A DNA stretch of 64,000 nt, taken from contig CAXXFK010000030.1 of assembly GCA_963663965.2 (NCBI GenBank), forward strand, positions 1 to 64,000, written 5' to 3'. A program made the translations under genes and the position numbers. Positions 48,085 to 58,823 of this stretch are shown here, piece by piece (positions within the stretch are counted from its first letter, which is position 1; each line of letters begins with the position of its first letter). Source of the stretch: Sedimentisphaerales bacterium. Its GTDB lineage: Bacteria; Planctomycetota; Phycisphaerae; Sedimentisphaerales; SM23-30. The notes beneath the pieces were generated by a model. It saw only the letters and a program-made list of their open reading frames with translations. It was not told the DNA's origin and ran no database searches.

Positions 48085-51000
48085 TTAATTGTCGTTTTTG
48101 AGCCAGTTGCCGGCCAGAATAAAGAAGTCTGTCATATCGACGGCGCTGTTGCCGTTCAGGTCGGCGCCCTGGCAGCGCGGGTTATCCATGCAGCCGGTTG
48201 TCATCCATTGCGACACCAGACCCAGCAAATCTTCCATGCCCTGGGAGCCGGAATAGATGTTGGCAACCTGAATTGTCATCTGAGCCGTATCGAACAGGCC
48301 TTCGGGGTCCTGGACACGGATTTTAAAGGCATTGAGACCGACATTGGTATTCTGTGGCGTTCCGGAAAGTGAGCCATTACCGGCGATGGTCAACCAGTTG
48401 GGTCCGGACATTTTGCTGAACGTGACGGTAGCCATGCCATCCGCATCGGTCGCATAGGTCGAAAGTGGGGCGCCGGTATAACTGCTGAGTTCGATTCCAT
48501 TCAGATTGCCGATTGGATCGGTAATAAATGAGGGCGCGGTATTTCCTGCGGCAATCGCGGCGATCTGGGTCGCTGACAGGGCGTAGTTATAAATGCGGAA
48601 ATCGTCAATGCGGCCGTTAAAAAGCGGATCTCCGGGCCATTGGCTATCGCCAATAAAGTTATTGGCCGGATTGAAATCAGATGGATTGATGGAAATGTTA
48701 TTGTCAGAATCCCGTTGAGTACCGTTCACATAGAGTTTGCCGACATTGCCTTGCAGTGTGACCGCTATGTGCACCCACTGACCGGTTGGCAATATGGCGG
48801 TTTCCAGCATCTGTTCGGCGCCGTTACCTGATGTCGTGACCGCGAACCGCAGGGTGCCGCCGCCTGAGCGCGGCGTCAGGAACATGTACTGAGAGGTATT
48901 ATTGCCGAAATCAAAAATACGCTGCCAATAGCCGCCGCCATCCCAGTTTACCCATGCGGTTACGGTTATATCCTCCATGTTGAACAGACCGGCCGGCAAG
49001 GTCACATAATCCTGGCTGCCGTCCAGGTCAATGGCCTGATCGATTCTACCGGCAGGATAAGTTACGGCTCCGGTAATGGTGCCATGGTTGGTACCGATAC
49101 TGTCGTTTGGGTTATTATCAAAAGTATAATGGGCTATCATACTCAGGCTGTGGACGGTTATGGAGAGCATGGCATCGTCATAGTCGCCATTACTATCGCT
49201 GACTCGCAGGGTAAATATATTTTCGCCGACATCCGTTGCTGTGGGTATGCCGGAAAGGGCGCCATTGGAATCCACGGTAAGCCAGTCCGGCCCGTTTATT
49301 TTACTGAAGGTCAGGGTATCCCCGGCATCGATGTCGGACGCCTCGCCGGAAATCGAGCCGCTGTAAAGGGTGTTTTCCAGAGCGTCGGTTATGATAATCG
49401 ATTGCGTATTCCAGGCGGGCGGGTCATTGACATTGATGACATTGATGATCAGCGCCGCTTCGTCACTATTATCGTTACTATCGCTGACACGAATGGTGAA
49501 TGTATTCGAGCCCGTGTCACTATTGGCGGGTGTGCCGGAGAGTTCGCCATTGCCAGCTACGATGAGCCAGTCCGGTCCGCTTACCTTGCGGTAGGTTAAC
49601 GGATCGTTTTGGGGATCGGTGGCGCTGTCGGCGATGGAGTCAAGATAGGCTGAATCTTGGGTGGCGTCGGTCGCGTTGACCGGATTACTTAAAAAAACCG
49701 GAGAATTCAATTCCCGGCCGATGGTCACCAGGGCCATAATGTCTGGTTTTGGCAGGGCATGATGGTAGATTCTGAAATCATCGAACAGGCCATGAAAATA
49801 CGGGTCCGACCAGCGGCTTTTGCCAATGAAATTTTCGGTTGGATTAAGATCGGTTGGATTCAAGGTGATGTTGTCGCTAGTAGCCGCCTCCAAACCATTG
49901 ACGTACAGTGTTCCCGTATCGCCTGCCAGGGTAACGGCGACATGAGTCCACTGACCGACGGCGAGTCGGGAAGATTCGAGTGTCTGTTCACCGCCGCTGG
50001 TGGTCCGGATGGTGAAACGCATCGTTTTATTACTGGTAGAGGGAGTCAGGTACATATATTTAGAGGTACTGCTGCCGAAATCAAAAATCCGCTGCCAGTT
50101 GCTGCCGCCATCCCATCTGATCCAGGTTGCGATGGTGATATCCTCATGATTAACGGTGTCGCCGGGAATTGACAAATAATCGTCGGCGCCATCCAGATCG
50201 ATGGCATGATCACCAAGGTATCCGGCTGAGTATGCCGGGGCGCCATTGGGAGTCGCGTGAAAATTGTTGCCGGATGAGTCAAAGGTGTCGCCTTCGAAGT
50301 CGTATTGCACATCAGCGGTTTCAACGGCGGTCCGGTCAATCATATCGGCGATAAAGGTATGGTCGCCGGCATAGACCGATCCCAGGCTCAGCGCGCTTTT
50401 AGCGCTGGTGCGATAGGCTGAACCGCCGGGATAGCCATTGCTGTTGACGCCGGCAGTTTCAAAAGAAAAGTTCGGGCCGGAAGAGGGTACGGTGATATCG
50501 AAGGCGTATTGGGTATCTGGTGGTAAGGCGATCACCTGGCCCAGATCGAAATGGATCCAGGTTCCCGTTCCAGTGTTATTCGTGGCGGGATCGGCCATCA
50601 GGGTGTTGCCCGGTTCATCGCCGGTTACGGTGTAATTCGATACCAGTATCTCTGACAAGGATGATCCTTGCACAGAGAGTAAGCGAATCTGGAGGCGGGC
50701 GCCGCGGTTATTGATATCCCATTCGGTGGGGGCGTAATTTACATGCCTGAGCCAGAGGCCGGAGAGTAGATAGCCTTGCGGATCGGGACCGGTAGTAAAG
50801 GTCTGTCCCAGCGAGTTATTATCTTGAGAGATGACGGTCGCTGCGTCATTGCCTTCGTTTACATTGCCGGTGTCGGCGGTTGATTCATTCAGAAAATAGA
50901 TATCCTCACTGCCGTAATCGGGCAGATCGCCCTGGAATCGGATGCTTACCTGCTGTTTTCCCTTGAAGGTTACTGAAATGGTATAATTACCGCGGACATT

Positions 51001-52740
51001 ATTAAAGGTGTAACTGTCCAGGGTACCGATGGGTAATCCGTTCAATAAGACCTGATCAACTTCAAAGCCGGGGTCAGGATTAAAGGTAAATGTCTGAGAG
51101 CCGCCGGCATTAACCGAAACGGGACCGGCGGGAATGATGGCGCCGTTGATATCGGCCGAAGCCGTGATGGTATAGCTGGATGGCGAGTAGTTGTACCATC
51201 GCGTGTAGATATTGGCTTTCTGGGTGATGCCTTCATCCAGAGACAGGGTATAATCAAATTTCGCGGTGCGGGTGCTTTCGCCATTGTATATGTAGTCGGT
51301 ATTGCAGATGACCGCGATGATGACATTATTCATGACATTAGCCAACGGGATACTACACGCGCCACTGCTGACCGGGACACCGTAGTGAATGGATCCGCCG
51401 GTATCGCGATAAACCAGCTGGCAGCTCATGTTGGCGCCGATGGGATTGAATGTGACGGAGGCTTGCGCGGCGGCGGGATCGATCGTGAGTGGAATTTGAT
51501 TGGCCCCGCTCCATCCGGGCAAGGTGCGTTCTTCCGGAATCAGCACGTTGTCAGATTGAGAGGTGTTGACATAACAGGTGGCGTTCCAGGTGGGGCAATT
51601 GATCCAGTAAGGCTGCCATTCGGGTTCGATCGACGCATTCCAGGAATTATTCAGCAATTGTCGGAAGGCATAAGACCAGGGACCGAAATCGCAAAAGGCC
51701 TGACGCGCGCGGTATTCCTGGATCAGGCGTCGGGTCTGCGCGGCGCCCAATCCTCCCGGCGCCTCGGCCAGATCCTGTAACACGCGGCCGCTATAGTGGC
51801 AATTGCGCCAGATCCAGGCGATGCTTTTTGGGCCCAGAATGACTTCGAGTGCGTGCGGGAAGCATTCGCCGTATTGAGCGCCGCCCAGCAGGTTTCGCCA
51901 GGTACAGATTTGCTGGTTATCTTCGAAGCGATTAACCCCTTCGGCGCAAGGACCGCCAAAGGAACCATCCTGCAACCAGCCGCTATAGCATTCAATCGGC
52001 ATGAAGGGCGCGATCGCCGCGCCGACGCTCAACCAGCCCAGCCCGCTGAAGTTGCCGGATCGCTGCGCTTCCATGGTGCCTTGCAACCAGGTATTGCCTC
52101 CTTCATGGAACCAGCAGGAACGGGTGCAGCCGGGCATACTGGCCAGAATGCAGTGAATGCCCTCATGAACCATGGCGCCGGTTTGATAGCCTTTATCGCT
52201 ATTGGTGTATGAGGGATCGAAACAATTGACTGGATAATAGGAGGCGAGTATCATCGGCCAGTTCTGGCCATTGTAATACACCGAACCCATCCAGCCGCCG
52301 GTGTCGGTATTGGAGGCGTTGTCGGTGCTTAAGCCGGAGCCGTATAAATAGACGGCGCTGTAATAGCCGTTGCGGGCGCGGAGATCACGCGGCCAGCGCA
52401 TGATGTCAGTGATATAGGCGAAATCTTCGTTGAGCCGCTCGAGCATCGGTATCCAGTCGGCCTCGGTGACGGCTGGGTTTTTATTGGCGCCCCAGCGAAA
52501 ACACCACCAGCCATCGGTATAGGTTCCCGCGACGCCCGATACATCATTCAGCACTTTGGTTGGGGGATTGAGTGTGCCGAATTCATCCTGGTAGTCGTAA
52601 GCGATGGCGGGCTGGTATTGCGGCCATTGGAAATACTGGGATGATTGCGCGGGGCATTTTGTGGCTAGCACGACCATTACCAAAAATAACAAGAATAATC
52701 GAATGCCTGAGCTGCTTTTTTTCACGTTCGAAGATTTCAT
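48085..52740 (-). CDS. Large secreted protein: DUF6055-like (HExxH) domain, two LamG, three cadherin-like and a dockerin-like tail
   Basis: VHEGIH, WFHEGG; WQRIFDFG twice; GP(D/N)WL three times; ADLNGN tail. Confidence 0.8.
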   Translation of the reverse strand: MKSSNVKKSSSGIRLFLLFLVMVVLATKCPAQSSQYFQWPQYQPAIAYDYQDEFGTLNPPTKVLNDVSGVAGTYTDGWWCFRWGANKNPAVTEADWIPMLERLNEDFAYITDIMRWPRDLRARNGYYSAVYLYGSGLSTDNASNTDTGGWMGSVYYNGQNWPMILASYYPVNCFDPSYTNSDKGYQTGAMVHEGIHCILASMPGCTRSCWFHEGGNTWLQGTMEAQRSGNFSGLGWLSVGAAIAPFMPIECYSGWLQDGSFGGPCAEGVNRFEDNQQICTWRNLLGGAQYGECFPHALEVILGPKSIAWIWRNCHYSGRVLQDLAEAPGGLGAAQTRRLIQEYRARQAFCDFGPWSYAFRQLLNNSWNASIEPEWQPYWINCPTWNATCYVNTSQSDNVLIPEERTLPGWSGANQIPLTIDPAAAQASVTFNPIGANMSCQLVYRDTGGSIHYGVPVSSGACSIPLANVMNNVIIAVICNTDYIYNGESTRTAKFDYTLSLDEGITQKANIYTRWYNYSPSSYTITASADINGAIIPAGPVSVNAGGSQTFTFNPDPGFEVDQVLLNGLPIGTLDSYTFNNVRGNYTISVTFKGKQQVSIRFQGDLPDYGSEDIYFLNESTADTGNVNEGNDAATVISQDNNSLGQTFTTGPDPQGYLLSGLWLRHVNYAPTEWDINNRGARLQIRLLSVQGSSLSEILVSNYTVTGDEPGNTLMADPATNNTGTGTWIHFDLGQVIALPPDTQYAFDITVPSSGPNFSFETAGVNSNGYPGGSAYRTSAKSALSLGSVYAGDHTFIADMIDRTAVETADVQYDFEGDTFDSSGNNFHATPNGAPAYSAGYLGDHAIDLDGADDYLSIPGDTVNHEDITIATWIRWDGGSNWQRIFDFGSSTSKYMYLTPSTSNKTMRFTIRTTSGGEQTLESSRLAVGQWTHVAVTLAGDTGTLYVNGLEAATSDNITLNPTDLNPTENFIGKSRWSDPYFHGLFDDFRIYHHALPKPDIMALVTIGRELNSPVFLSNPVNATDATQDSAYLDSIADSATDPQNDPLTYRKVSGPDWLIVAGNGELSGTPANSDTGSNTFTIRVSDSNDNSDEAALIINVINVNDPPAWNTQSIIITDALENTLYSGSISGEASDIDAGDTLTFSKINGPDWLTVDSNGALSGIPTATDVGENIFTLRVSDSNGDYDDAMLSITVHSLSMIAHYTFDNNPNDSIGTNHGTITGAVTYPAGRIDQAIDLDGSQDYVTLPAGLFNMEDITVTAWVNWDGGGYWQRIFDFGNNTSQYMFLTPRSGGGTLRFAVTTSGNGAEQMLETAILPTGQWVHIAVTLQGNVGKLYVNGTQRDSDNNISINPSDFNPANNFIGDSQWPGDPLFNGRIDDFRIYNYALSATQIAAIAAGNTAPSFITDPIGNLNGIELSSYTGAPLSTYATDADGMATVTFSKMSGPNWLTIAGNGSLSGTPQNTNVGLNAFKIRVQDPEGLFDTAQMTIQVANIYSGSQGMEDLLGLVSQWMTTGCMDNPRCQGADLNGNSAVDMTDFFILAGNWLKNDN

Positions 52741-53072
52741 AACAGGCCTTTAAAAAAAGCTTTTAATTTCAGCTGTTCGAAATAATATTGTTTCGATATC
52801 TGCCTGTTACGATTATATCATTGTCATGTGATTTTACCAAAAGAAAACCTGCCGGACAAGGCTAACTGAAACTATTATGAGAATCAGATATGATCTAATA
52901 GTGAGACGATAAACTAAGTAGGCTATTTCCAGACAGTTATCAATGGCGAGACCATTGCCGGCCTTATCCGGTTTCAGACTGCTGGGATAAGCTTATTGTC
53001 AGTATATCCAACTTAATGTTACAATCAAAGCATATCAGGGATGCCGGTTGGGGAGCAGATCGACAGGGCAGG

Positions 53073-54455
53073 TTACGCCATGGGATCGGCTTCCAACTGG
53101 TAGTGTTTCATTTTTTTGTAGAGAGTCGTGCGGTTGATATCGAGCAGATCGGCGGCGGCCTGCCGGTTCCAATTGACTTTGCGAAGCGCCACTTCAATGA
53201 TGCGTTTTTCCGGTTCTTCGAGCGCTTTTTTCAGACTGACGATCTGATCGGACCGGTCTTCATGATGGTCATCCTGAACCCATTTGAGGATGTGTTCGGG
53301 CAGATCTTCCGGTCGTACCAGCGGATTGCGGCTGAGGACCACGGCGCGTTCGATGACGTTTTCCAGTTCGCGGACGTTACCGGGCCAGTTATAACTTTCA
53401 AGGATTTTGAGCGCTTCATCGGAGAACCCGGTTTTAGTGCGCTGGTGAGTGGCGCACATATTTTTAAGGAACCGTTCGGACAGCAGGGCGATATCGGTGA
53501 TTCGTTCATGCAGGGGCGGCAGTTCGATATTGACGACATTGATACGATAATAAAGGTCTTCGCGGAATCGGCCGGCTCGGACCTCTTCGCGCAGATCGAC
53601 ATTGGCCGCCAGTACCACGCGGACATCGATAGTGTGGGTCTGGTTGCTGCCGACCGGTTCGAACTGGCGTTCCTGCAGGACGCGCAGCAGTTTCATCTGC
53701 ATGGTCATAGGCGCGGAATTAATTTCGTCCAGAAAGATTGTGCCGCCATCGGCTGCCAGGAATTTGCCGGGTTTATCGTTAACGGCGCCGGTGAAAGAGC
53801 CTTTGACATGACCGAACAGTTCGCTTTCGAGCAAGGTTTCGGGCAAGGCGCCGCAACTTAACTCAATAAAAGGTTTGTCCATGCGATCCGATCGATGATG
53901 AATGGCGCGCGCAATCAGACTTTTACCGGTACCGCTCTGGCCGCTGATCAGGACGGTGGCCTTGCTTTCGGCGACGGCGTCGACCAGTTCGAATACCTTG
54001 AGCATTTTGAAATCGTGGCCCACGACATTTTCCAGGCCGTACTGCTGGCGGAGTTGCTGTTTGAGGTTGCGGTTTTCCTCGAGCAGGGCCTGTTGGTCCA
54101 GCGCTCGTTTGATAGTCAGGCGAATTTCATCATCGACGATCGGTTTAGTCAGATAGTCATAAGCGCCCATCTTGATGGCTTCGACGGCGCTTTCGATGGT
54201 GCCGTAACCGGTGACGACGATCGTGACGATGGCCGGATAGCGTTTGCGTATAACCCGGAGCAATTCAAAGCCATCGGAACCGGGCATATTGACATCGGTA
54301 ATTACCAGATGGTAGGGGTGGCGTTCCAGTTCTTTGAGGGCGCTATTGAAACTGTCGGCGCCCTGGCACTGATAGCCTTCCATTTTAATGAATTCACAGA
54401 GGGAATCACGAATGATCTGGTCATCGTCAACGATAAGGATTCTCTTGTCTGACAT
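53073..54455 (-). CDS. Sigma54-dependent response regulator (NtrC/AtoC family)
   Basis: REC ILIVDD; GQSGTGKS; ESELFGHVKGSFTGA; WPGNVRELEN; Fis HTH. Confidence 0.95.
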   Translation of the reverse strand: MSDKRILIVDDDQIIRDSLCEFIKMEGYQCQGADSFNSALKELERHPYHLVITDVNMPGSDGFELLRVIRKRYPAIVTIVVTGYGTIESAVEAIKMGAYDYLTKPIVDDEIRLTIKRALDQQALLEENRNLKQQLRQQYGLENVVGHDFKMLKVFELVDAVAESKATVLISGQSGTGKSLIARAIHHRSDRMDKPFIELSCGALPETLLESELFGHVKGSFTGAVNDKPGKFLAADGGTIFLDEINSAPMTMQMKLLRVLQERQFEPVGSNQTHTIDVRVVLAANVDLREEVRAGRFREDLYYRINVVNIELPPLHERITDIALLSERFLKNMCATHQRTKTGFSDEALKILESYNWPGNVRELENVIERAVVLSRNPLVRPEDLPEHILKWVQDDHHEDRSDQIVSLKKALEEPEKRIIEVALRKVNWNRQAAADLLDINRTTLYKKMKHYQLEADPMA

Positions 54456-54514
54456 AGATAACACTCTCCGGTGGGTTAAGCTGGTTATCCCATTCAAGGA
54501 TAGCAGGTCGATTA

Positions 54515-55606
54515 TTAGTTACTCATTTCGGATTGGCCATTGGCCCAGCTGGTTTGATCCAGCGGGATGGTAATAGTAAAAGTACAGCCCCGGTCGGGAT
54601 TATTAGCGACGGTAAGCCGGCCGCCATAACGTTCGATGATATCGCGGCAGATGGGCAGGCCCAGGCCGGTGCCTTTGCCGGTTTCTTTTGTGGTAAAGAA
54701 TGGTTCAAATACGCGGTCTATCAGATTCTGATCGATACCGCTGCCCTGATCGGAGCAGGTGACGATCATATTGGTGTCATTGGTTTCAGTGGCCAGGACA
54801 ATCCGGCCGCCATCGGGCATGGCATCAATCGCATTTTTAATCAGGTTGCAAAAGACCTGGAACAGATTGCCGCTACGGATATTGGGCATGGGTTCCTGTA
54901 AGTCGCGTACAATTTCAATATCGAACTCTTCCGCCTTGAGTTCCAGCATGCGCACGGCGTCTTCCAGTAGTTTGTTGACGTCGGCATGTTCGGACGAGGA
55001 ACGGGCCTCCCGGGAAAAATCGAGCATATCGCTCAGAATGCGCACCATGCGTAACAGGCCGTGATGGGATTCCTTGAGATATTTAATCAGGGTCAGATTT
55101 TCCTGCTGCTGGGCCAGCCGGATGCCCAGATTCAGATAGCGGATAATCCCATCGAGAGGATTATTCAACTCGTGGGCCACTTTGGAAGATAATTTACCAA
55201 GGGCCGCCAGGCGTTCGGCATTGGCCAGATCGCGGGTCACGAGGGCTTCTCGAGTGACATCTTCGGCAATCAGATATCCGCCGGCAGAGGGCGAGCGATC
55301 CTCCTGCAGCATAGGAATGCAGATCAATTTAAGAATCAGGTCGCGTTGGGGGTGTTGACAGGTTACCTGCTCGAAAGAACGGGTCTGATTATTATGTAAT
55401 ATGGTCTGGAACAGGTTGTGCCAGGAATCTCCATTGGGTGGCGTTGCCCCGATTAGCAAATCGGGCAGTTCATCGCCGGCCGGCAGAAGCTTGACGGCGG
55501 CTGGATTCGAGTCGATGATCTTTAGTTCATGATCGAACACAACCACTGCCATGGGCATCTGGCTGATGAATTGGCGGGCAAATTTTGTTAAAAGGCTTCC
55601 TGACAT
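54515..55606 (-). CDS. PAS-containing histidine kinase
   Basis: VAHELNNPL, NLIKNA, DQGSGI, FFTTK, GTGLGL. Confidence 0.93.
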   Translation of the reverse strand: MSGSLLTKFARQFISQMPMAVVVFDHELKIIDSNPAAVKLLPAGDELPDLLIGATPPNGDSWHNLFQTILHNNQTRSFEQVTCQHPQRDLILKLICIPMLQEDRSPSAGGYLIAEDVTREALVTRDLANAERLAALGKLSSKVAHELNNPLDGIIRYLNLGIRLAQQQENLTLIKYLKESHHGLLRMVRILSDMLDFSREARSSSEHADVNKLLEDAVRMLELKAEEFDIEIVRDLQEPMPNIRSGNLFQVFCNLIKNAIDAMPDGGRIVLATETNDTNMIVTCSDQGSGIDQNLIDRVFEPFFTTKETGKGTGLGLPICRDIIERYGGRLTVANNPDRGCTFTITIPLDQTSWANGQSEMSN

Positions 55607-55881
55607 GGTGATGTTTCATTAAATCACACTTGTTTATTTCTGGCACACCGCGGTACAATCCCCGCAACATGTTCAATATGAAAAATAAAATTGATTTGGT
55701 AGGGTGTCAAGCGAGTTGTTGAATTAAAACAACATTCATGAGGTGTTTCGTTGCATTGTCTAGAATGGCGATACGATTATATGGATTATATAAAATTTAA
55801 GGATAAAATAGACTATAACGATTGTATTGATTATAATGGATGTGTTTATTGTAGTCAGAGAATCCAAACAGGAGACCAGCG

Positions 55882-56196
55882 ATGATTCGTAACGCTTTTA
55901 AAATGAAGTTAAAACCGGGCCATGAAGAAGAATATAAGCGCCGTCACGACGCGCTCTGGCCGGAATTGGCTGACGCGCTGAAACAGGCGGGCATATCCGA
56001 TTACGCGATTTTTCTGGATGAAGAGACACTGACTCTCTTTGCCGTTCAGAAACTGGCCGAAGGGCATCGCGCCGACACTCTTCCGGACCATCCGGTGGTA
56101 AAAAAGTGGTGGGCCTATATGGCGGATATCATGGAGACCAATCCGGATAATTCTCCGGCCTGGGAACCCTTGCGGGAGGTGTTTTATTTACCGTAA
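55882..56196 (+). CDS. rhaM: L-rhamnose mutarotase
   Basis: [37 protein letters not shown]. Confidence 0.92.
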   Translation: MIRNAFKMKLKPGHEEEYKRRHDALWPELADALKQAGISDYAIFLDEETLTLFAVQKLAEGHRADTLPDHPVVKKWWAYMADIMETNPDNSPAWEPLREVFYLP

Positions 56197-56259
56197 CCGC
56201 GGCCTGTCAAGCAGGGGGGAATTCTGGGGAAGAGAAATCGGCAGGATTGCCGGGCTGTT

Positions 56260-57459
56260 TTATTGAATTTGCAAGCCGACGATGGTGACGTCATCCCTTG
56301 GGTGGAGCGACCCTTCTTCCATATCGATGATCTGAGCCAGTTGGTTGCACATGGATTCGATATCGAGATTGGAAAGGTAGGCGAATTCATGGCGGAACTG
56401 GAGCGTGCTTTCGGGACCTTCATTGGTGAAGGCCAGTTCGACGCCATCGCTATAGAGCAGGAGTTTGTCGCCCTGATGCAGCTGGAAAGTCTGGGTTTCC
56501 CAGCTCTGGTTATCAAAGACTCCCAGCAGGGAACCCCGAACATCCAGTTCGTGATTCAAATGATTGCAATCGATGCGCAGCGGCATGGGATGGCCGCCGT
56601 TGGCGATTCTTAGTTCCAGTGTTTTATAATTCAGGATGCCGTAACAGCAGGTTACGAACTGAAAATCGCTCAGATGCTGGTTGAGCAGATCGTTATTGAG
56701 CATCATCAGCGCTTCGCCGGGATCGACCAGTTCATAGTTGTGTCCGGTGATGCGTTTGGTAATGAGGGCCCGTTTGATAAAAATGGTTAACAAGGCGGCC
56801 GGCATACCATGCCCAACGGCATCGGCGACATAGAAGCCCACGTGCTCTTCATCCAGTCGCATGATATCGTAAATGTCACCGCTGACCCAGGTGGCGGGAC
56901 GGAAAACCGTGGTGAATTTCAAGCCGGGCAGTTCCGGCAGGCTTTTGGGCAGAAAATCGCGCTGCAAACGCGCGGCGAGGTGCATTTCTTCATTGACTTC
57001 CTGGAAATGATGACTGAGCGGTTGGCCAACGAGTTTCAGGCGCTGAATTTCCTGGTAGAGATTCTGGATATGTCCCCGAACATCGCGTAAAGCCGCCAAT
57101 CGGCCCTTGAACATATCGATGGATTCCCGGCTATCGACTGTAAAAATACCCCTGTCGCCATCGGCGATTGGTCCGGCTTGATTTTGATTGGGATCGGCCA
57201 AAACCAGCGTTTGTATCGTCAGGCGATTCAATTCATGGAGCAACGGCTTGATCTCCGCGTGCAGCGAGCTGGCTGACAACCCCTCCAGTGTCAGAACAGC
57301 CGCCGCAAACGGATGATTGGATTTTGCCAGATTCAACGCGTCTTCCGGACAGCAGGCACGGCAAATGAGTCCTAACTCCGTGATGGCAGATTCCAGTGAG
57401 GCGACCTGCTCAGAGGGCCGCTGAGGATCTGTGATCAGTAAAATTTCTTTTGTGGTCAT
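56260..57459 (-). CDS. PP2C/SpoIIE (RsbU-like) phosphatase
   Basis: LQRDFLP, VSGDIYD, ADAVGHG, NGGHP, YSDGV, DDVT. Confidence 0.9.
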   Translation of the reverse strand: MTTKEILLITDPQRPSEQVASLESAITELGLICRACCPEDALNLAKSNHPFAAAVLTLEGLSASSLHAEIKPLLHELNRLTIQTLVLADPNQNQAGPIADGDRGIFTVDSRESIDMFKGRLAALRDVRGHIQNLYQEIQRLKLVGQPLSHHFQEVNEEMHLAARLQRDFLPKSLPELPGLKFTTVFRPATWVSGDIYDIMRLDEEHVGFYVADAVGHGMPAALLTIFIKRALITKRITGHNYELVDPGEALMMLNNDLLNQHLSDFQFVTCCYGILNYKTLELRIANGGHPMPLRIDCNHLNHELDVRGSLLGVFDNQSWETQTFQLHQGDKLLLYSDGVELAFTNEGPESTLQFRHEFAYLSNLDIESMCNQLAQIIDMEEGSLHPRDDVTIVGLQIQ

Positions 57460-57621
57460 GAAAAATCTGGTTAAAACACTTGATAGAAAACAAGTTATTG
57501 CTTGATGACTCCGGTCGGCAAACCGGTCGCCGGGCATTTTCCTGGGGAAACTTGCCCTACTTAACATCGTCGTTAACCGGGGGCGTCTTTATCCTTAAAA
57601 TCGATAAAGTTTAAATATCAT

Positions 57622-57647
57622 AAAAAAAGCGCACCTTTAGGGTGCGC
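57622..57647 (-). terminator. Rho-independent terminator
   Basis: GCGCACC/GGTGCGC stem followed by T7 on the minus strand. Confidence 0.7.
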
Positions 57648-57695
57648 CAGGGAAAATCTGATTTAAAGTTAATAATACAAGAGCATTATCAGCGT

Positions 57696-58664
57696 TTACG
57701 CTTCATTCAATTTATCATAGAATTTGACAAATTGATCACGTTCCGGGCTGTCCAGCCATTCGATGGCGGCTGAAGGATGGCGGTTGAGATGGGCAGTGAC
57801 CAGATAGGGGATCATATAGCCCCATTCCATTTCAGTACGAAGTTTAAGGAAATGATCTTCGATGCACTTAAGTATCGGACGTAATTGATATTTGGGATTT
57901 TTGATAAACGATATCAGCAATTCGAGGGGGCAGTTGCCGGCGCCGCGGCCCATGCCGAAAATGGTTGCGTCGAGACGGGTAACCCCGGCAAACATCGCTT
58001 CGAGAGTATTGGAAAAGCCCAGCTGCAGGTTGTTGTGACCATGGAAACCGACTTCTTTGCCGGTGGCGCGGGCGGCCTTGAGATATTTTTTGGCCAGATC
58101 ACGGATATGTTCACCCATGAGGGTGCCAAAACTGTCAACAATAACGATGGTTTCGGCTTCGGACTGGGAAAAGATTTCGAGCGCTTCGAGCAGTTCCTTG
58201 TCTTTAACGATGGAAATGGCCATTAAATTGACGCAGACTTCATAGCCTTTATCCTTGGCATCTTTGATCATATTGATGGCAGTGGGTATCTGGTGGATAT
58301 AGGTGGCCACCCGAATCAGGTCGATCACGCTTTGTTCGCGGGGCAGGATATCGGTCCGATAATCGGTTTTTTCGGCGTCGGCCATAACGGAGAGTTTCAG
58401 ATCGGTTGGGTTATCGCCGACGATCCGGCGGATACTGTCTTCGTCGCTGAATTTCCAGTCGCCGAATTTATTACGTGCGAAAATCTTTTTATCTCCTTTG
58501 TAGCCAACTTCCATGTAATCGACGCCGCCTTCGACACAGGCGTGGTAGACGCCGCGTACGACCTCGTCATCAAACAGGTGACTGTTGATTAATCCGCCAT
58601 CGCGAATCGTGCAGTCAAGCACTTTGACATCCGATCTGGAATCGAGCAGGGTTACTTGTGCCAT
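57696..58664 (-). CDS. DRE-TIM aldolase-like protein (4-hydroxy-2-oxovalerate aldolase-related)
   Basis: DCTIRDGG, VDSFG, FHGHNN, GMGRGAGN. Confidence 0.85.
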   Translation of the reverse strand: MAQVTLLDSRSDVKVLDCTIRDGGLINSHLFDDEVVRGVYHACVEGGVDYMEVGYKGDKKIFARNKFGDWKFSDEDSIRRIVGDNPTDLKLSVMADAEKTDYRTDILPREQSVIDLIRVATYIHQIPTAINMIKDAKDKGYEVCVNLMAISIVKDKELLEALEIFSQSEAETIVIVDSFGTLMGEHIRDLAKKYLKAARATGKEVGFHGHNNLQLGFSNTLEAMFAGVTRLDATIFGMGRGAGNCPLELLISFIKNPKYQLRPILKCIEDHFLKLRTEMEWGYMIPYLVTAHLNRHPSAAIEWLDSPERDQFVKFYDKLNEA

Positions 58665-58823
58665 TGGGATTCTCCGGTTAACAAGGTTTCCAATCCAGCC
58701 AGAGAAAGACGGTTGGATGTGAATGAATTATTAAAGCTGACTGAAAGCCCGATAAATAGCGGGCCAATTCGAATAATTCATTATACCATACGGCGCGGGA
58801 AACGGGAATAGAAAATCAGGTTA

